Shown here: piece after piece, positions 1 through 13,500 of the stretch
How positions within the stretch are numbered: the stretch's first letter is position 1
How the letters are laid out: the number at the start of each line of letters is the position of its first letter
NCBI GenBank assembly: GCA_965229305.1
Contig: CBDDIZ010000011.1
Location: forward strand, 236-64,235
DNA: 64,000 nt
DNA from: Bryobacteraceae bacterium
Lineage (GTDB): Bacteria > Acidobacteriota > Terriglobia > Bryobacterales > Bryobacteraceae
Direction: 5' to 3'
Notes under the pieces: model-generated
What the model was told of the DNA's origin: nothing
Databases searched by the model: none
Seen by the model: the letters and a program-made list of their open reading frames with translations, nothing else
Position numbers and translations under genes: made by a program

Positions 1-1
1 G

Positions 2-1576
<1,575 letters not shown>

Positions 1577-2276
1577 GTCGTCCCCGGTTCGACAAACAAA
1601 TGAGGGAAGGGCGGCGCGTGAAAGCGGAATTCGTCATCAGCGCCGCCGCTCCTCAACAATTTCCGCCCGGCGGGCTGCCTGAAGTGGCTTTGCTCGGGCG
1701 CAGCAACGTCGGCAAATCGACGCTGCTGAACGTGCTGGTGGGCAAGGAGGGTTTGGCGCGTGTGAGCCAAACGCCAGGCTGCACTCAGCTCATCAATTTC
1801 TTCCGGGTGGAAGATCGCTTCCATCTGGTCGACTTGCCAGGCTATGGCTACGCCAAGGTCCCGCGTGGTTTTAGCGACGGATGGAAGAAGCTCATTGAGA
1901 GCTACCTTCTGAACCGGGAAACCTTGCGGTTGTCGGTGTTACTGATCGACTCGCGGCGAGGCTGGATGGAGAAGGACCGGGAACTGCGAGACTGGCTCGT
2001 GTTCCACAATCGGCCGTTTGTGGTGGCCGCGACGAAAGTCGATAAACTGAACCAAAAAGAGGAGTATCACGGACTAGCTGCGATTCGTCGGGAACTCGGC
2101 GAAATGAAAGTCGAGCGGCCATCGTCTCCCCTTCCAAATCCCGGACCCCGGGACCCCGGAATAGACGAGAGCCCTCGAGGACTCACCTCAAGTGAACCCA
2201 ATCCCCATTCCCATCCTGATGAAAACATTGCGCTAGTTCCGATCTCGGCCCGTACGGGCCGGGGAGTGAGGGAACT

Positions 2277-3938
<1,662 letters not shown>

Positions 3939-3963
3939 TCCGCTACCGCACCTCAAAACAAAG

Positions 3964-3992
3964 AGCCCGGCGCCACTCGCGCCGGGCTTTTT
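3964..3992. terminator. Bidirectional rho-independent terminator between convergent rho and S8 protease genes
   Basis: 10-bp perfect stem AGCCCGGCGC / GCGCCGGGCT (3964-3973 / 3979-3988) with loop cactc. TTTTT follows on the + strand and CTTTGTTTT on the - strand. Confidence 0.65.
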
Positions 3993-6845
3993 CTATTGCA
4001 AGCGAAACGACTCGCCAAAGAAGTAGCGATTGTTGAGATAGACTCCGACATTCCAAGTCCCCGGCTTCGTCGCCGCCGTCGTCCCGCGAATCGGCAGCGC
4101 TGCTGAGAAACACCAGTTCCCGCCACTCGATAAGGGATCGAAGCGCCAAGTTCGCTGTTCGTTCCATTCGGGATCCCACCAGACGACCAGCAACTGATCA
4201 TTGGCTCTTGCTTCCTCAATGGAGAACCAGACGATCGCTTCCGTGTCGGAGATACCAAAGACGGTTGTTGGTGTAGGAACTGTGCAGAGGTTGGTTCGTG
4301 TCACTTGATAGGTCATGCGGCTCGCGCTGAGCTTGGCGGTGGCAATGCTGAACGATGTTTGCCCCACCCGAACCCCATTCCAAGACACCCGTACCGACCA
4401 TAGGCCCAGTTGTTGTGCGATTGAGGTTCCAGCAACATCCAGGTAGTCCCACATACAGAAGTTTCCGTTGGCCGTCAGCGCCGGGAGGGTCATCGTCCGC
4501 AGCACTGTTCCCCCAGGTCCGAACCATTCGAAGGTCGGCCGATCGCCGCGTTGTCCTCCCTCGACAACAAACCACGTCCACACCCTCGCGTCGCGTACCG
4601 TAAACTGATTCACCGCCGTCGGTACCGCGCACGACGAAGTCGTTACCGTCGACGCGGTGCGGAGACTGGTGAGCGTCACCGTCGGCACAGGCTGAACCAC
4701 CCGAACCACTTGCGCCGTTTGCCCCAGTTCCCAGACCTCGCCGTAGAGCTCGGCGACGGTCGAGAAACTCAGGGTAACGTTGCCGGCAGCAGCGGGAGCG
4801 ATTAATGAGGCCGTGCGGACGACCTTTCCTCCAACGGAGATCTGCGCGGCCTCCATCGTCGCCGGGGATAACCCCGGCGCGCCAACGACGGCTCCGATCT
4901 TTGACAGGGGAAGATCGCCCACGTTGCCGAATTCGCAAGTGACTTCAAAACGTGAACCAGCCGACACCTCTCCGGGCGCGGTGCATCGGCGCGTCGGCTC
5001 CGGCCCGTTCACCTCCCGGAAACCCGCGTGCGAAAGAGAAAGGCCGTAGCTTTCCGACGCGGCCCGATTGGTCGGGTCGCTGAGGCGGGTCACGCTGAGG
5101 ACGAAGTCGCCCGCGCCGTCGGAGTAGACCTGCTGAACGTTCTGGCCAGCGGTGTCGGACTTGCGAATCAAGGCACCCGTCGAAGTATGAAAGAGGGCCA
5201 AACCGAGGCGGTTCAGCCAGGCGCCGCGCTCATCGACCTGACGATTCCAAACCATGGTGGCCGAAAGCGCGCCGTTGGTCGACCCTCGGTAGAGCTTCCG
5301 GGCGTGAGGCGTCAGCAGGCTCAACTGGTTGACGCGGACGAAGTCCTTCCAGGCGAAGGCGCGTTCGAGGTTGGCAGAGCCCCACCCCCGGTCCGGCCGC
5401 CAGCCGTAGTGATCGGTCGTGTTCAGGAGGAGGCCTTTGATGGCTAACGCGTCACGGACGCCGGCATTCCTCAGGAGCGCAACAGCGCCCGCGATGTGAG
5501 GAGCTGCCATGCTGGTGCCGCCCAATGGGACGAGCTCACTGCTGCCGGCCTTGGCGGCGAGGATAGCTTCTCCAGGTGCCGCGAGATCGGGTTTGCGAAC
5601 CCCAAGACGGGTGGGGCCACGGCTACTGGAATCTGCGATACGGTCATCGTCGCGAGTTAACGTTCCCCGCGTATCGGTGTTGGCGACCGCGATGGCGTTC
5701 AGCGCACAGGCCGGGCAACCTACCGGCGCATCCGTCCCACTGTTGCCAGCCGCGGCGACGATCGTTACGCCGCTTACTTGGGCCGCATAGTCAATCACGC
5801 TGCCATACACCCACTCCGCTTCTTCGTCGTCGACCGACCCCAGACTCAGATTAACGACCGCCACCGGTGTTTCAACGAGCGCCCATTCGAGAGCGGTCAG
5901 GATGTCACTAAGTGAGAAGCCCCCTTTGCAATCCGGCTCTCGTCGAACTCTCTGGCCGGCCTTCAACGCGTACAACTTGCCCAAATCTGAGGCCACACCG
6001 GAGAACCGGAGGACTCCGCTGCCAAGCTGGTAAGGCGTCGGCCGACCAGCCGCAATGCTCGCTACATGCGTCCCGTGGCCGTCTTGGTCGAAGGGCGAGT
6101 CCGGATCGTCCAGGGCGCAGGGATTGTCTCGGCCGGCCCCAATGAACGATTTGGCTTCGATGTTCAGCCCAGAGAACATAGGGTGGTGTTGGTCAATGCC
6201 CGTGTCGATCACGGCCACCGACTCACCCCATCCTCGGTGGCCCTCGTTCCAAAACACCGGTGCGCCCAATACTTCAGGAGTCAGGTGCAGCATGCCGCCC
6301 ATCGTGGCATCGCGTGTTACACGCGTCACCGACGGATGGAGCTCGAGCGCCTCCAACGTTCGCTGATCGATGGTCGCGGAGATCGCATTGGTCAGCCAGA
6401 GATGACGGATGTGGCTGGCTCCTAGACCGCGCAGAAGCTGTTCGACGTCTTCATGAGCGTTCTGTCGATCTGCTCGAACGACGGTCAGGAACTCGCGCCG
6501 CATGCGAAGGACAACGTCATCCAGCCGCTCTCCCGCCGCCTCCACGGCCAGCTTTGAATGCCGTTGCCGGGCTACATCCACGCTGGCCTCAGCGTTCAAG
6601 CGAGAGAATCGCCATTTGTCTTCCATGGACTCGGCCAAGGGCTTCGCGGATCGCCCAGACAGATGAATGATTACCGGCGCCCTGGAACCGACTTTTAATC
6701 GCCCCCGGAGTTCCGCGTCGACGCGGGGCGGGGCAACATCGTCCTTCAATGGCGAGTTGACAACGACGTGCACATCCTCGATTTTCTTGGGGGGTTGGGC
6801 AGCAACAACGGCTACAAGGAGATTCAGAACAACGAATCTGTACAT
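3993..6845 (-). CDS. Secreted subtilisin-like serine protease (peptidase S8), 950 aa, with two related C-terminal ~95-aa domains
   Basis: Signal peptide MYRFVVLNLLVAVVAAQ. Catalytic triad contexts VIDTGID, HGTHVASIAAG, GTSMAAPHIAGA. C-terminal tail contains two similar W/C-containing modules. Confidence 0.9.
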   Translation of the reverse strand: MYRFVVLNLLVAVVAAQPPKKIEDVHVVVNSPLKDDVAPPRVDAELRGRLKVGSRAPVIIHLSGRSAKPLAESMEDKWRFSRLNAEASVDVARQRHSKLAVEAAGERLDDVVLRMRREFLTVVRADRQNAHEDVEQLLRGLGASHIRHLWLTNAISATIDQRTLEALELHPSVTRVTRDATMGGMLHLTPEVLGAPVFWNEGHRGWGESVAVIDTGIDQHHPMFSGLNIEAKSFIGAGRDNPCALDDPDSPFDQDGHGTHVASIAAGRPTPYQLGSGVLRFSGVASDLGKLYALKAGQRVRREPDCKGGFSLSDILTALEWALVETPVAVVNLSLGSVDDEEAEWVYGSVIDYAAQVSGVTIVAAAGNSGTDAPVGCPACALNAIAVANTDTRGTLTRDDDRIADSSSRGPTRLGVRKPDLAAPGEAILAAKAGSSELVPLGGTSMAAPHIAGAVALLRNAGVRDALAIKGLLLNTTDHYGWRPDRGWGSANLERAFAWKDFVRVNQLSLLTPHARKLYRGSTNGALSATMVWNRQVDERGAWLNRLGLALFHTSTGALIRKSDTAGQNVQQVYSDGAGDFVLSVTRLSDPTNRAASESYGLSLSHAGFREVNGPEPTRRCTAPGEVSAGSRFEVTCEFGNVGDLPLSKIGAVVGAPGLSPATMEAAQISVGGKVVRTASLIAPAAAGNVTLSFSTVAELYGEVWELGQTAQVVRVVQPVPTVTLTSLRTASTVTTSSCAVPTAVNQFTVRDARVWTWFVVEGGQRGDRPTFEWFGPGGTVLRTMTLPALTANGNFCMWDYLDVAGTSIAQQLGLWSVRVSWNGVRVGQTSFSIATAKLSASRMTYQVTRTNLCTVPTPTTVFGISDTEAIVWFSIEEARANDQLLVVWWDPEWNEQRTWRFDPLSSGGNWCFSAALPIRGTTAATKPGTWNVGVYLNNRYFFGESFRLQ

Positions 6846-6970
6846 CAGGTGAACCAGAAGTAGTATCCGGCTCCTGATGGCTGGTCACAATTCGTAACAA
6901 ACCTTAAGAATAAGGAGGGCTAGGTCGAATCGCACCGATGGCCTAAGGCGCCCCTTAGGCGTTGGCCGAG

Positions 6971-7008
6971 GAAACAAAAGCAAAACGGACCCGGTTTCCC
7001 GGGCCCGT
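6971..7008 (-). terminator. Rho-independent terminator downstream of the sigma-factor gene
   Basis: On the minus strand: stem ACGGGCCCGG / CCGGGTCCGT (one mismatch), loop GAAA, followed by TTTTGCTTTTGTTT. A second 8-bp hairpin GCCTAAGG/CCTTAGGC lies at 6941-6960. Confidence 0.55.
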
Positions 7009-7104
7009 TTCGTTTCTCACGGAAGACAATTGGAGGTAGCTTACATGAGACACTCGGTTCCCCCAGAGGGGGGGGTAAAACTAGAAGTCCTAACCGTTAT
7101 GGTA

Positions 7105-8178
7105 CTAAAAAGCTTGGCTGGAGTGAATCCCCGCCTGCTGTAAAGCAGTCGCCATCTTTTCGAGAGCCGACTTGTGAATTTGCGATACCCGGCTCTCATT
7201 GATCCCGAGCTGCATGCCGATTTCCTTCATAGTGAGCTCGTTCGTGTAATACAAAAGCACGACGCGCTGATAGCGTTCCGGTAGGACCTTCATCGCAATG
7301 GCCAGCATGTCCCGCAGTTGTTCGCGCGCACACATGGAATCTGGCTGCGTTTCCGGCTTCGACGGAAAGTCGGGGGCGGGGAGGTCTTCGTGCTCGGAGC
7401 CGCGCGTGGAGGCCGACACCAGGCCGACGTTGCGCAGGTCCAACATCATCTGCCGCCAGCGATCCACTTCCACGCCCATCTTGGCCGCGATTTCGGCTTC
7501 GGTGGGGTTGCGATGGAGCGTCGCGGCCAGATCACGGGTCACTTGTTCCACTTGCTTGTGCCGCCGGCGGAGGTCGCGCGAGGCCCAATCCAGTTGCCGG
7601 AGGCTGTCGAGGATGGCGCCCTTGATGCGATGCTTCGCATAGCTCGAGAAAGCGACCTTCTTTTCGGGATTGTATTTGCTCGAGGCATCGAACAGACCCA
7701 TGATGCCCGCATGCACCAGATCGTCGAGTTCAACATGCACCGGGAGGTTTTCGTGGACGCGAATCGCAATGGCCCGCACCAGCGGCAGATGATCCACCAC
7801 CACCTGATCGCGCACGGCCCGTGGATTCCCGCTCAAGTCGCCATCGGTCACCGCCGAACCATAAGTGGCGCGCGCCACCATGGCTTCGAGCTCGCACAGG
7901 CTGGCATCCGCGTCGAGGCTCAGCTCGCCGTCTTCGGTCTCGTCCAACTCCGCTTCCAACTCCAACTCGTCCTCGTCCGCCGCCAGCGCCAAGCCACCCA
8001 GACGCGGATCCTCTGCTTCGGCCATTTCCACCTGACTCCTCAACCGGCTCTTGCTCGAACGGCCAGGGAACGCCCTCACCGGCTGGCGAGCCGGTGGCCG
8101 GGCCGGCGAAATTTCGCGGACGGGCGGGGCCGCCGTCTTGATTTTGCTCTGTACGGCCGCGGTAGCTCTGGCTCTCAT
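7105..8178 (-). CDS. Group-3 RNA polymerase sigma factor (FliA/WhiG/SigB-like) with acidic N-terminal extension
   Basis: Region 2 (DDLVHAGIMGLFDASSKYNPEKKVAFSSYAKHRIKGAILD), region 3, and region 4 HTH (YYTNELTMKEIGMQLGINESRVSQIHKSAL). Alternative ATG at 8025 has a good SD (GGAGTCAGGTGGAA) and would remove 51 aa. Confidence 0.85.
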   Translation of the reverse strand: MRARATAAVQSKIKTAAPPVREISPARPPARQPVRAFPGRSSKSRLRSQVEMAEAEDPRLGGLALAADEDELELEAELDETEDGELSLDADASLCELEAMVARATYGSAVTDGDLSGNPRAVRDQVVVDHLPLVRAIAIRVHENLPVHVELDDLVHAGIMGLFDASSKYNPEKKVAFSSYAKHRIKGAILDSLRQLDWASRDLRRRHKQVEQVTRDLAATLHRNPTEAEIAAKMGVEVDRWRQMMLDLRNVGLVSASTRGSEHEDLPAPDFPSKPETQPDSMCAREQLRDMLAIAMKVLPERYQRVVLLYYTNELTMKEIGMQLGINESRVSQIHKSALEKMATALQQAGIHSSQAF

Positions 8179-8663
8179 GAAAGTGGCTTATCTCCTAGTT
8201 CGTAGCGGGCGATGGACAGTCCGGCACGGGGGACTTCATTCGTTGCAGCCTGACAGTCGCGGGGGAAGCCATGCGCAGGCGGCCTGTCTAAATGCAACTC
8301 GCGGGCCAATAAACACCGAAAACTCTTTTCCACAGGAAACTCAATGCCCGCCGTGGGTGCTGCAAACAGCAACAGAGCAGCGAAATTTACAAAAGAAACA
8401 ACAGCTTTCAGGCGTGCAGACAGATCGCAAACAAATCGTTCGCAGTCCCGGGTTGTTGAAAAATCAACCCGTTGGAGGGAGTCTTCCATCCGTTTCGATT
8501 CGGCCGTCCATGGTTCAACATGGTTCAGCGTTTCGGATTGGAACGAGTTCGCGGTGGGTTGCGAGCACTCGTTGTGACCTCAAGCCTCTTCGCCTCTAAG
8601 CTTGAAACAGAGGTGACGCGAAAGCAGTAGGTTGATCGGCTCAGTGCGTGGGGGGGAAGTACC

Positions 8664-8861
8664 TTAGTGACTCTCAGGTGTTTTTGAGTCGGGCGGCGCG
8701 GGCGCCCCGGCAGCCGCCAAATGCGCGATCACCACGCGCGCGGCGAGTCCAAATATCAGAATCCAAACGGCTTGGCGAAACTTGCCCTCCAGGGTAAGTC
8801 CGGCCATCGCCGCCAGTAGGCCCATCACGGCCATGGCTGCCCACAAGCGCGGGGAACGCAT
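8664..8861 (-). CDS. Small hypothetical membrane protein (~65 aa)
   Basis: Two hydrophobic helices (LWAAMAVMGLLAAMAGL, AVWILIFGLAARVVIAHL). No recognisable family. Start chosen at an internal ATG. Confidence 0.35.
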   Translation of the reverse strand: MRSPRLWAAMAVMGLLAAMAGLTLEGKFRQAVWILIFGLAARVVIAHLAAAGAPAPPDSKTPESH

Positions 8862-8960
8862 CGTGCCCCCAGTTTCGCACGCTCGGCATGAGCGAATCCT
8901 AATGCGGCCCACCTATGCCGACCAGCGTATGACCAGAGACTTAAGTTTCAGTGCTTTCCG

Positions 8961-10355
8961 CTACGCGAGGGGCGGTTTACGCAGGTGAAAATCGGTACGG
9001 TCTTCCAGCGCCGCAGCCACGCGCAGCACGCGCGCTTCCTGCCACAGCGGCCCCATGATCTGTAAACCCATCGGCATCCCCGTCGAAGAAAATCCACTCG
9101 GGATCGACGCCGCGGGCAGACCCAGGGCGTTCGCGCCGCGCATCAGACGGGTCGTCGCCAGGCGCGTGTCTTCTTCCACGCCATCGATCGTCACCGTCGC
9201 CACGCCGATCGGCGGCGCCGTAATCGGCGTACTCGGCGCCAGCAGCACGTCGCAGCGCGTGAACAGCTCGGCGAATTCGCCGCGGAACCGATCGATCGTC
9301 GTGAGTGCGTTCAGATAATCGATCGCGCTGACGGTCCTCCCGCGCTCCACATTGGGCTTCACCGCCTGGCCCAACAGCTGGGTGCGCTCGCCGCGCGGAT
9401 CGATCGAATGCGTGGACTCGGGCAACTGCACCGTCAGCGTCGCTTGGTTGAGCGCCAGGACGTCCGGCACCGCGACGTCCACCAGGGTCGCGCCGGCCGC
9501 TTGCGCCACCTTCGCCATCGCGTGGACGGCCGCCACCACCTCCGGATCCGCCCGGTCAAAGTAGAAGCTCGTCGGCAGACCCACGCGCAAACCCGCCAGT
9601 GAGATCTCGCCAGTCGGCGGGGTGAAGTCTTCCACCGGCCTATCGACCGATGCCGAATCACGCTCGTCGTAGCCGGCGATCGCATTCAGAATCAGGCCGC
9701 AATCGCGCACCGTGCGCGCCAACGGCCCCATGTGATCGAGCGAGTGCGCCAGCGGCAGGCAGCCGAACATACTCACGCGGCCATAGGTGGGCTTGATGCC
9801 GGCCACGCCGCAATAGGACGCCGGAATGCGGATGCTGCCCCCGGTATCGGTGCCCGTCCCGCACAGAATAAAGCCCAAGGCCAGGGCCGCGCCGCTCCCG
9901 CCACTCGACCCGCCTGGAATGCGCGTCACATCCCACGGATTCTTCACGCCGCCGAAGTGCTCGTTCTGCGACGTCACGCCGTAGGCCAATTCATGCAGAT
10001 TCAGCTTGCCGAGCGAGATGCAGCCTGCCAGCGCCATTTGGCTCACCACGGCCGCATCGAAGTCGGGCACCCAATCCCGGTAGATCAAGGACCCCGCTGT
10101 CGTCCGTACGCCGCGCGTCGCAAACAGGTCCTTATGTGCCACCGGAATCCCGTGCAGTGGACCGCGGTCGCGTCCGGCCGCCAGTTCCGCATCCGCCTTA
10201 CGGGCTTCTTCCCGCGCCGCCTCCGCCGTCAGGGTCAGAAACGAGTGAATCTGGCCATCCAGCTGTTCAATCTTCTTCAGACATTCGTCGACCAGCTCGA
10301 GGCAGGAGATCTGCCGGGCGCGCAGCGCCGCGGCGGTGGCAAAAATCGATTCCAT
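8961..10355 (-). CDS. Amidase (amidase-signature family, GatA-like)
   Basis: Amidase signature GGSSGGSGAALA and GTDTGGSIRIPASYCG. 464 aa. Confidence 0.9.
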   Translation of the reverse strand: MESIFATAAALRARQISCLELVDECLKKIEQLDGQIHSFLTLTAEAAREEARKADAELAAGRDRGPLHGIPVAHKDLFATRGVRTTAGSLIYRDWVPDFDAAVVSQMALAGCISLGKLNLHELAYGVTSQNEHFGGVKNPWDVTRIPGGSSGGSGAALALGFILCGTGTDTGGSIRIPASYCGVAGIKPTYGRVSMFGCLPLAHSLDHMGPLARTVRDCGLILNAIAGYDERDSASVDRPVEDFTPPTGEISLAGLRVGLPTSFYFDRADPEVVAAVHAMAKVAQAAGATLVDVAVPDVLALNQATLTVQLPESTHSIDPRGERTQLLGQAVKPNVERGRTVSAIDYLNALTTIDRFRGEFAELFTRCDVLLAPSTPITAPPIGVATVTIDGVEEDTRLATTRLMRGANALGLPAASIPSGFSSTGMPMGLQIMGPLWQEARVLRVAAALEDRTDFHLRKPPLA

Positions 10356-10455
10356 GGGGTGTCTTCGAGGGTATCAGAAGTTCATTTTCCCTTCGACCAG
10401 GGAATCCAAGCTGATGCTAGTGTCCCCGTTTGCATGCATTTGAAACGCTTCGCTG

Positions 10456-10484
10456 TTGACAAGGGCTCGCCGGCTTGATAGTCT
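10456..10484 (+). promoter_or_regulatory. Candidate sigma70-type promoter for the first TonB-dependent receptor
   Basis: TTGACA (10456-10461), 17-nt spacer, TAGTCT (10479-10484), 30 nt upstream of the ATG at 10515. GGAG lies at 10503. Confidence 0.35.
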
Positions 10485-10514
10485 TCTCCGAACCTTTCGG
10501 CTGGAGTCTTAACC

Positions 10515-13500
10515 ATGTATCGTTTTGTCTCTGTAGTACTCCTCACCGCTGTGTCGCTGTGGGCGCAATCCACCGGCACCGCCTCGCTCGTCGGCACCGT
10601 TTCCGACACCACCGGCGCCGTTGTTCCAGGCGCCAAGATTGCCGTTCGGAACACCGGCACCCAGTTTCTTTACGAGAGCCAAACCAACGCTGACGGCTCC
10701 TACTACGTTCCCAACCTGCCCTCCGGCACCTACGACCTCACCGTGGAAGGACAAGGCTTCAAGCGCTTTGTGCAGAGCGGCCTGATCCTCCGCATCAGCG
10801 AGTCCCCGCGCATCGACGTGAAGCTCGAGATCGGCAGTGTCACCGATAGTGTGAAGGTGGATGCCACGCCGCCCTTGCTCGAAACCGAGTCGGCCAGCTC
10901 CGGTCAGGTGCTCGATGGCGAGGTGGTGGAAAAGCTCCCCGTGATGCAGAAGTTCGTCCACCGCGTGCTGCTGTATATGCCCGGGATGACGAACATCAAC
11001 GGCCAGCATGCGGTCGGCCAGCGCCAGCGCGCCATCGGCTATTCGATGGACGGTGTGAATGGTAAGGAGCCCGCCGTCGGCCAGTTGGGTGACTATCAGC
11101 GCACCATGATCGCCTCGCTCGATTCCATCCAGGAATTCAAGATGTGGACCACGGGCTCGCCCGCCGAATTCGGCCACTCCGCCGGCGGCCAGTTAAGCCT
11201 CGTCTTCAAGGGAGGTACCAACCAGTTCCACGCGACGCTCGAAGACCGCTACACCAACGGCAAGCTCATCCATCGCGCCTATCTCGAACAATTGCCGCGC
11301 ACCGGCGCCTTCGCCTATCACGAGTGGGGCTTCACCGGCTCCGGCCCCATCATCAAGGACAAGACGTTCTTCTTCGGCGGCTTCCAGCAGCACTACGAGA
11401 AGGTGAGCGAGACGGTGATTGTCACCGTGCCGAGCCCGGAAATGCTGGCCGGCAACTTCAGCTTCGGCGGCCGCGGACTACCGCTCTACAACCCGTTCTC
11501 CACGCGCCAGAATGGCACCACCTGGGTGCGCGATGCGCTGCCCAACAACCAGGTGCCGCTCTCGCAAGTCGACCCTGTCGTCCGGAAACTGATCGACCTC
11601 AAGCCCTGGTTGCCGCAAAGCGATCCTGGCACCATCCAGCCCACCGGACCCGTCAACAACCTCACCTACAACGCCGGCGGCGCCTATGACTTCCGCCGGT
11701 ACGACGGCAAAGTGGATCACCAGTTCACCACGAACCACAAGATCTTTGGCCGCTACTCGCTGGTCCGTCACCGCAGCGAAGAGCGCCCTGTGCGCGAACT
11801 CTCGAGCGTCCTTTATGGCAACGTCTATGTGAAGCCGCTCGACCAGAGCAACATCGTTGTTTCGGACACGCTCACCTTGAGCCCCACCACCATCAACGAA
11901 GTTCGCCTCGGCTTCAATCGCCGCGTCAACTCCGCTGTTCCCGAGAGCTATGGGGCGGATTGGGCCAAGCAACTGGGGATCCCCGGCGTCTCGGCCGAGA
12001 CCTTCCCGGACTTCCAGAACTCCGGCGGCGCCCGCTATTACAACCTCGGCCCCGGCGGCAAGTCCAAGGACGTTGCCGAGGACTTTACCTTCCAGGAAAA
12101 CTTCACCAAGATCATCGGCAAGCACACCCTCAAGGTCGGCTATGAGCTGATGCGCACGCGCTACAACTCGCTGCAAGCCAGCCTGCCCTCCGGCCAGTAC
12201 CGCATGACCGGCACGGAGCTTCCGTTCACCCCCAACACCGGCAACCCGTTTGCGAATCTTCTGTTCGGCACGGTCGGCCAGGGCGTCTTCCAACAGGTCC
12301 GCGCCACGTGGCTGCCCCGCTGGTGGTCACAAGCCTGGTATGCGCAATCCACCTGGCGCCCGGTCCGCAATCTCACCGTCGAAATGGGCCTGCGCTGGAG
12401 CTATGAGTCTCCGTTCTCCACCAAATACGGCCAGCAATCGCAGTTCGACCCCACCGCCACGGACCCGCTCACCGGCCTCAAGGGCGCCATCATCCACGGC
12501 AAGGGCAATCTCGCCAAGCGCGACTTGAACAACTTCCAGCCGCGTCTCGGCATCGCCTGGAACTTCAATCCGCGCGCCGTCCTCCGGTCGAGCTTCGGCC
12601 TCTACACCGTGGACCTGATGACCAACGCCGCCGGCCAGAACTTCGAGGAGTACATTGCCACCGCGAACGTCCAGGCGCCGGTCGGTGATCCGCGCCATGC
12701 CTTCCTGCTTTCGCAAGGGCCGGGCGCCATTACGTTCCCCACCGCGGCCGATGGCTCGGTGCCCTTCGTCGGCACGAACTACGGCGGCCGCGCGGCTTCC
12801 TGGTTCGACCCGAACATGCGCCTGCCCTACGTCGGCATGTGGTCCACCGGCATTCAGTATCAGCTCACCAAGAACTGGGTGGCCGAAACGCTGTACCAGG
12901 GTTCGTCGGGCGTCGGCCTGCTCAACAACTGGGACATCAACGCCATCCCGCTGAACATCTCCACGGACCCCACCCAGCTCAACGCCATCTTCAACGCGTC
13001 GCAGAACTACAAGCCCTATCCGCAGTTCGGCTCCATCCAGCACTACTCGAACTACGGCCACAACTCGCACCATTCGGGCACCTTCCGCATCGAGCGCCGC
13101 TACGCCCAGGGCATGACCCTCACCGCCTTCTACCAGTTAGGCAAGACGCTCAACGACGGCGACGACGACGGCGGCCGCTCCGGCATTACCTTCTACAACC
13201 GCCAGCTCGAAAAGGGCCGCGCCAGCTACGACATCCGCCACCGCTTCGTCAGCGTCATGACCTACGAACTGCCCTTCGGCAAAGGCCGTAAGTTCATGAA
13301 TGGCGGCGGCGTGAAGAATTACTTCCTCGGCAATTGGGACCTCGCCTGGACCCAGACCTTCCAGAGCGGCCCGCCCATGCTGATCACCGCCGCCGGCAGC
13401 CCCAACCGTTACCTTCCCGGCATGGTCCGCCCGAACGCCGTCCTGCCTGCCGACCAGATGGTGGTGCCCGATTACTCCGTCGGCGCCCGCTTCCCGCTCG

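Noticed and set aside
8051-8599. 182-aa plus-strand ORF and 104-aa minus-strand ORF (8175-8489) in the region upstream of the sigma-factor gene
   Set aside because: They have no motifs, overlap each other, and have odd composition with no plausible ribosome-binding site. The region was treated as non-coding.
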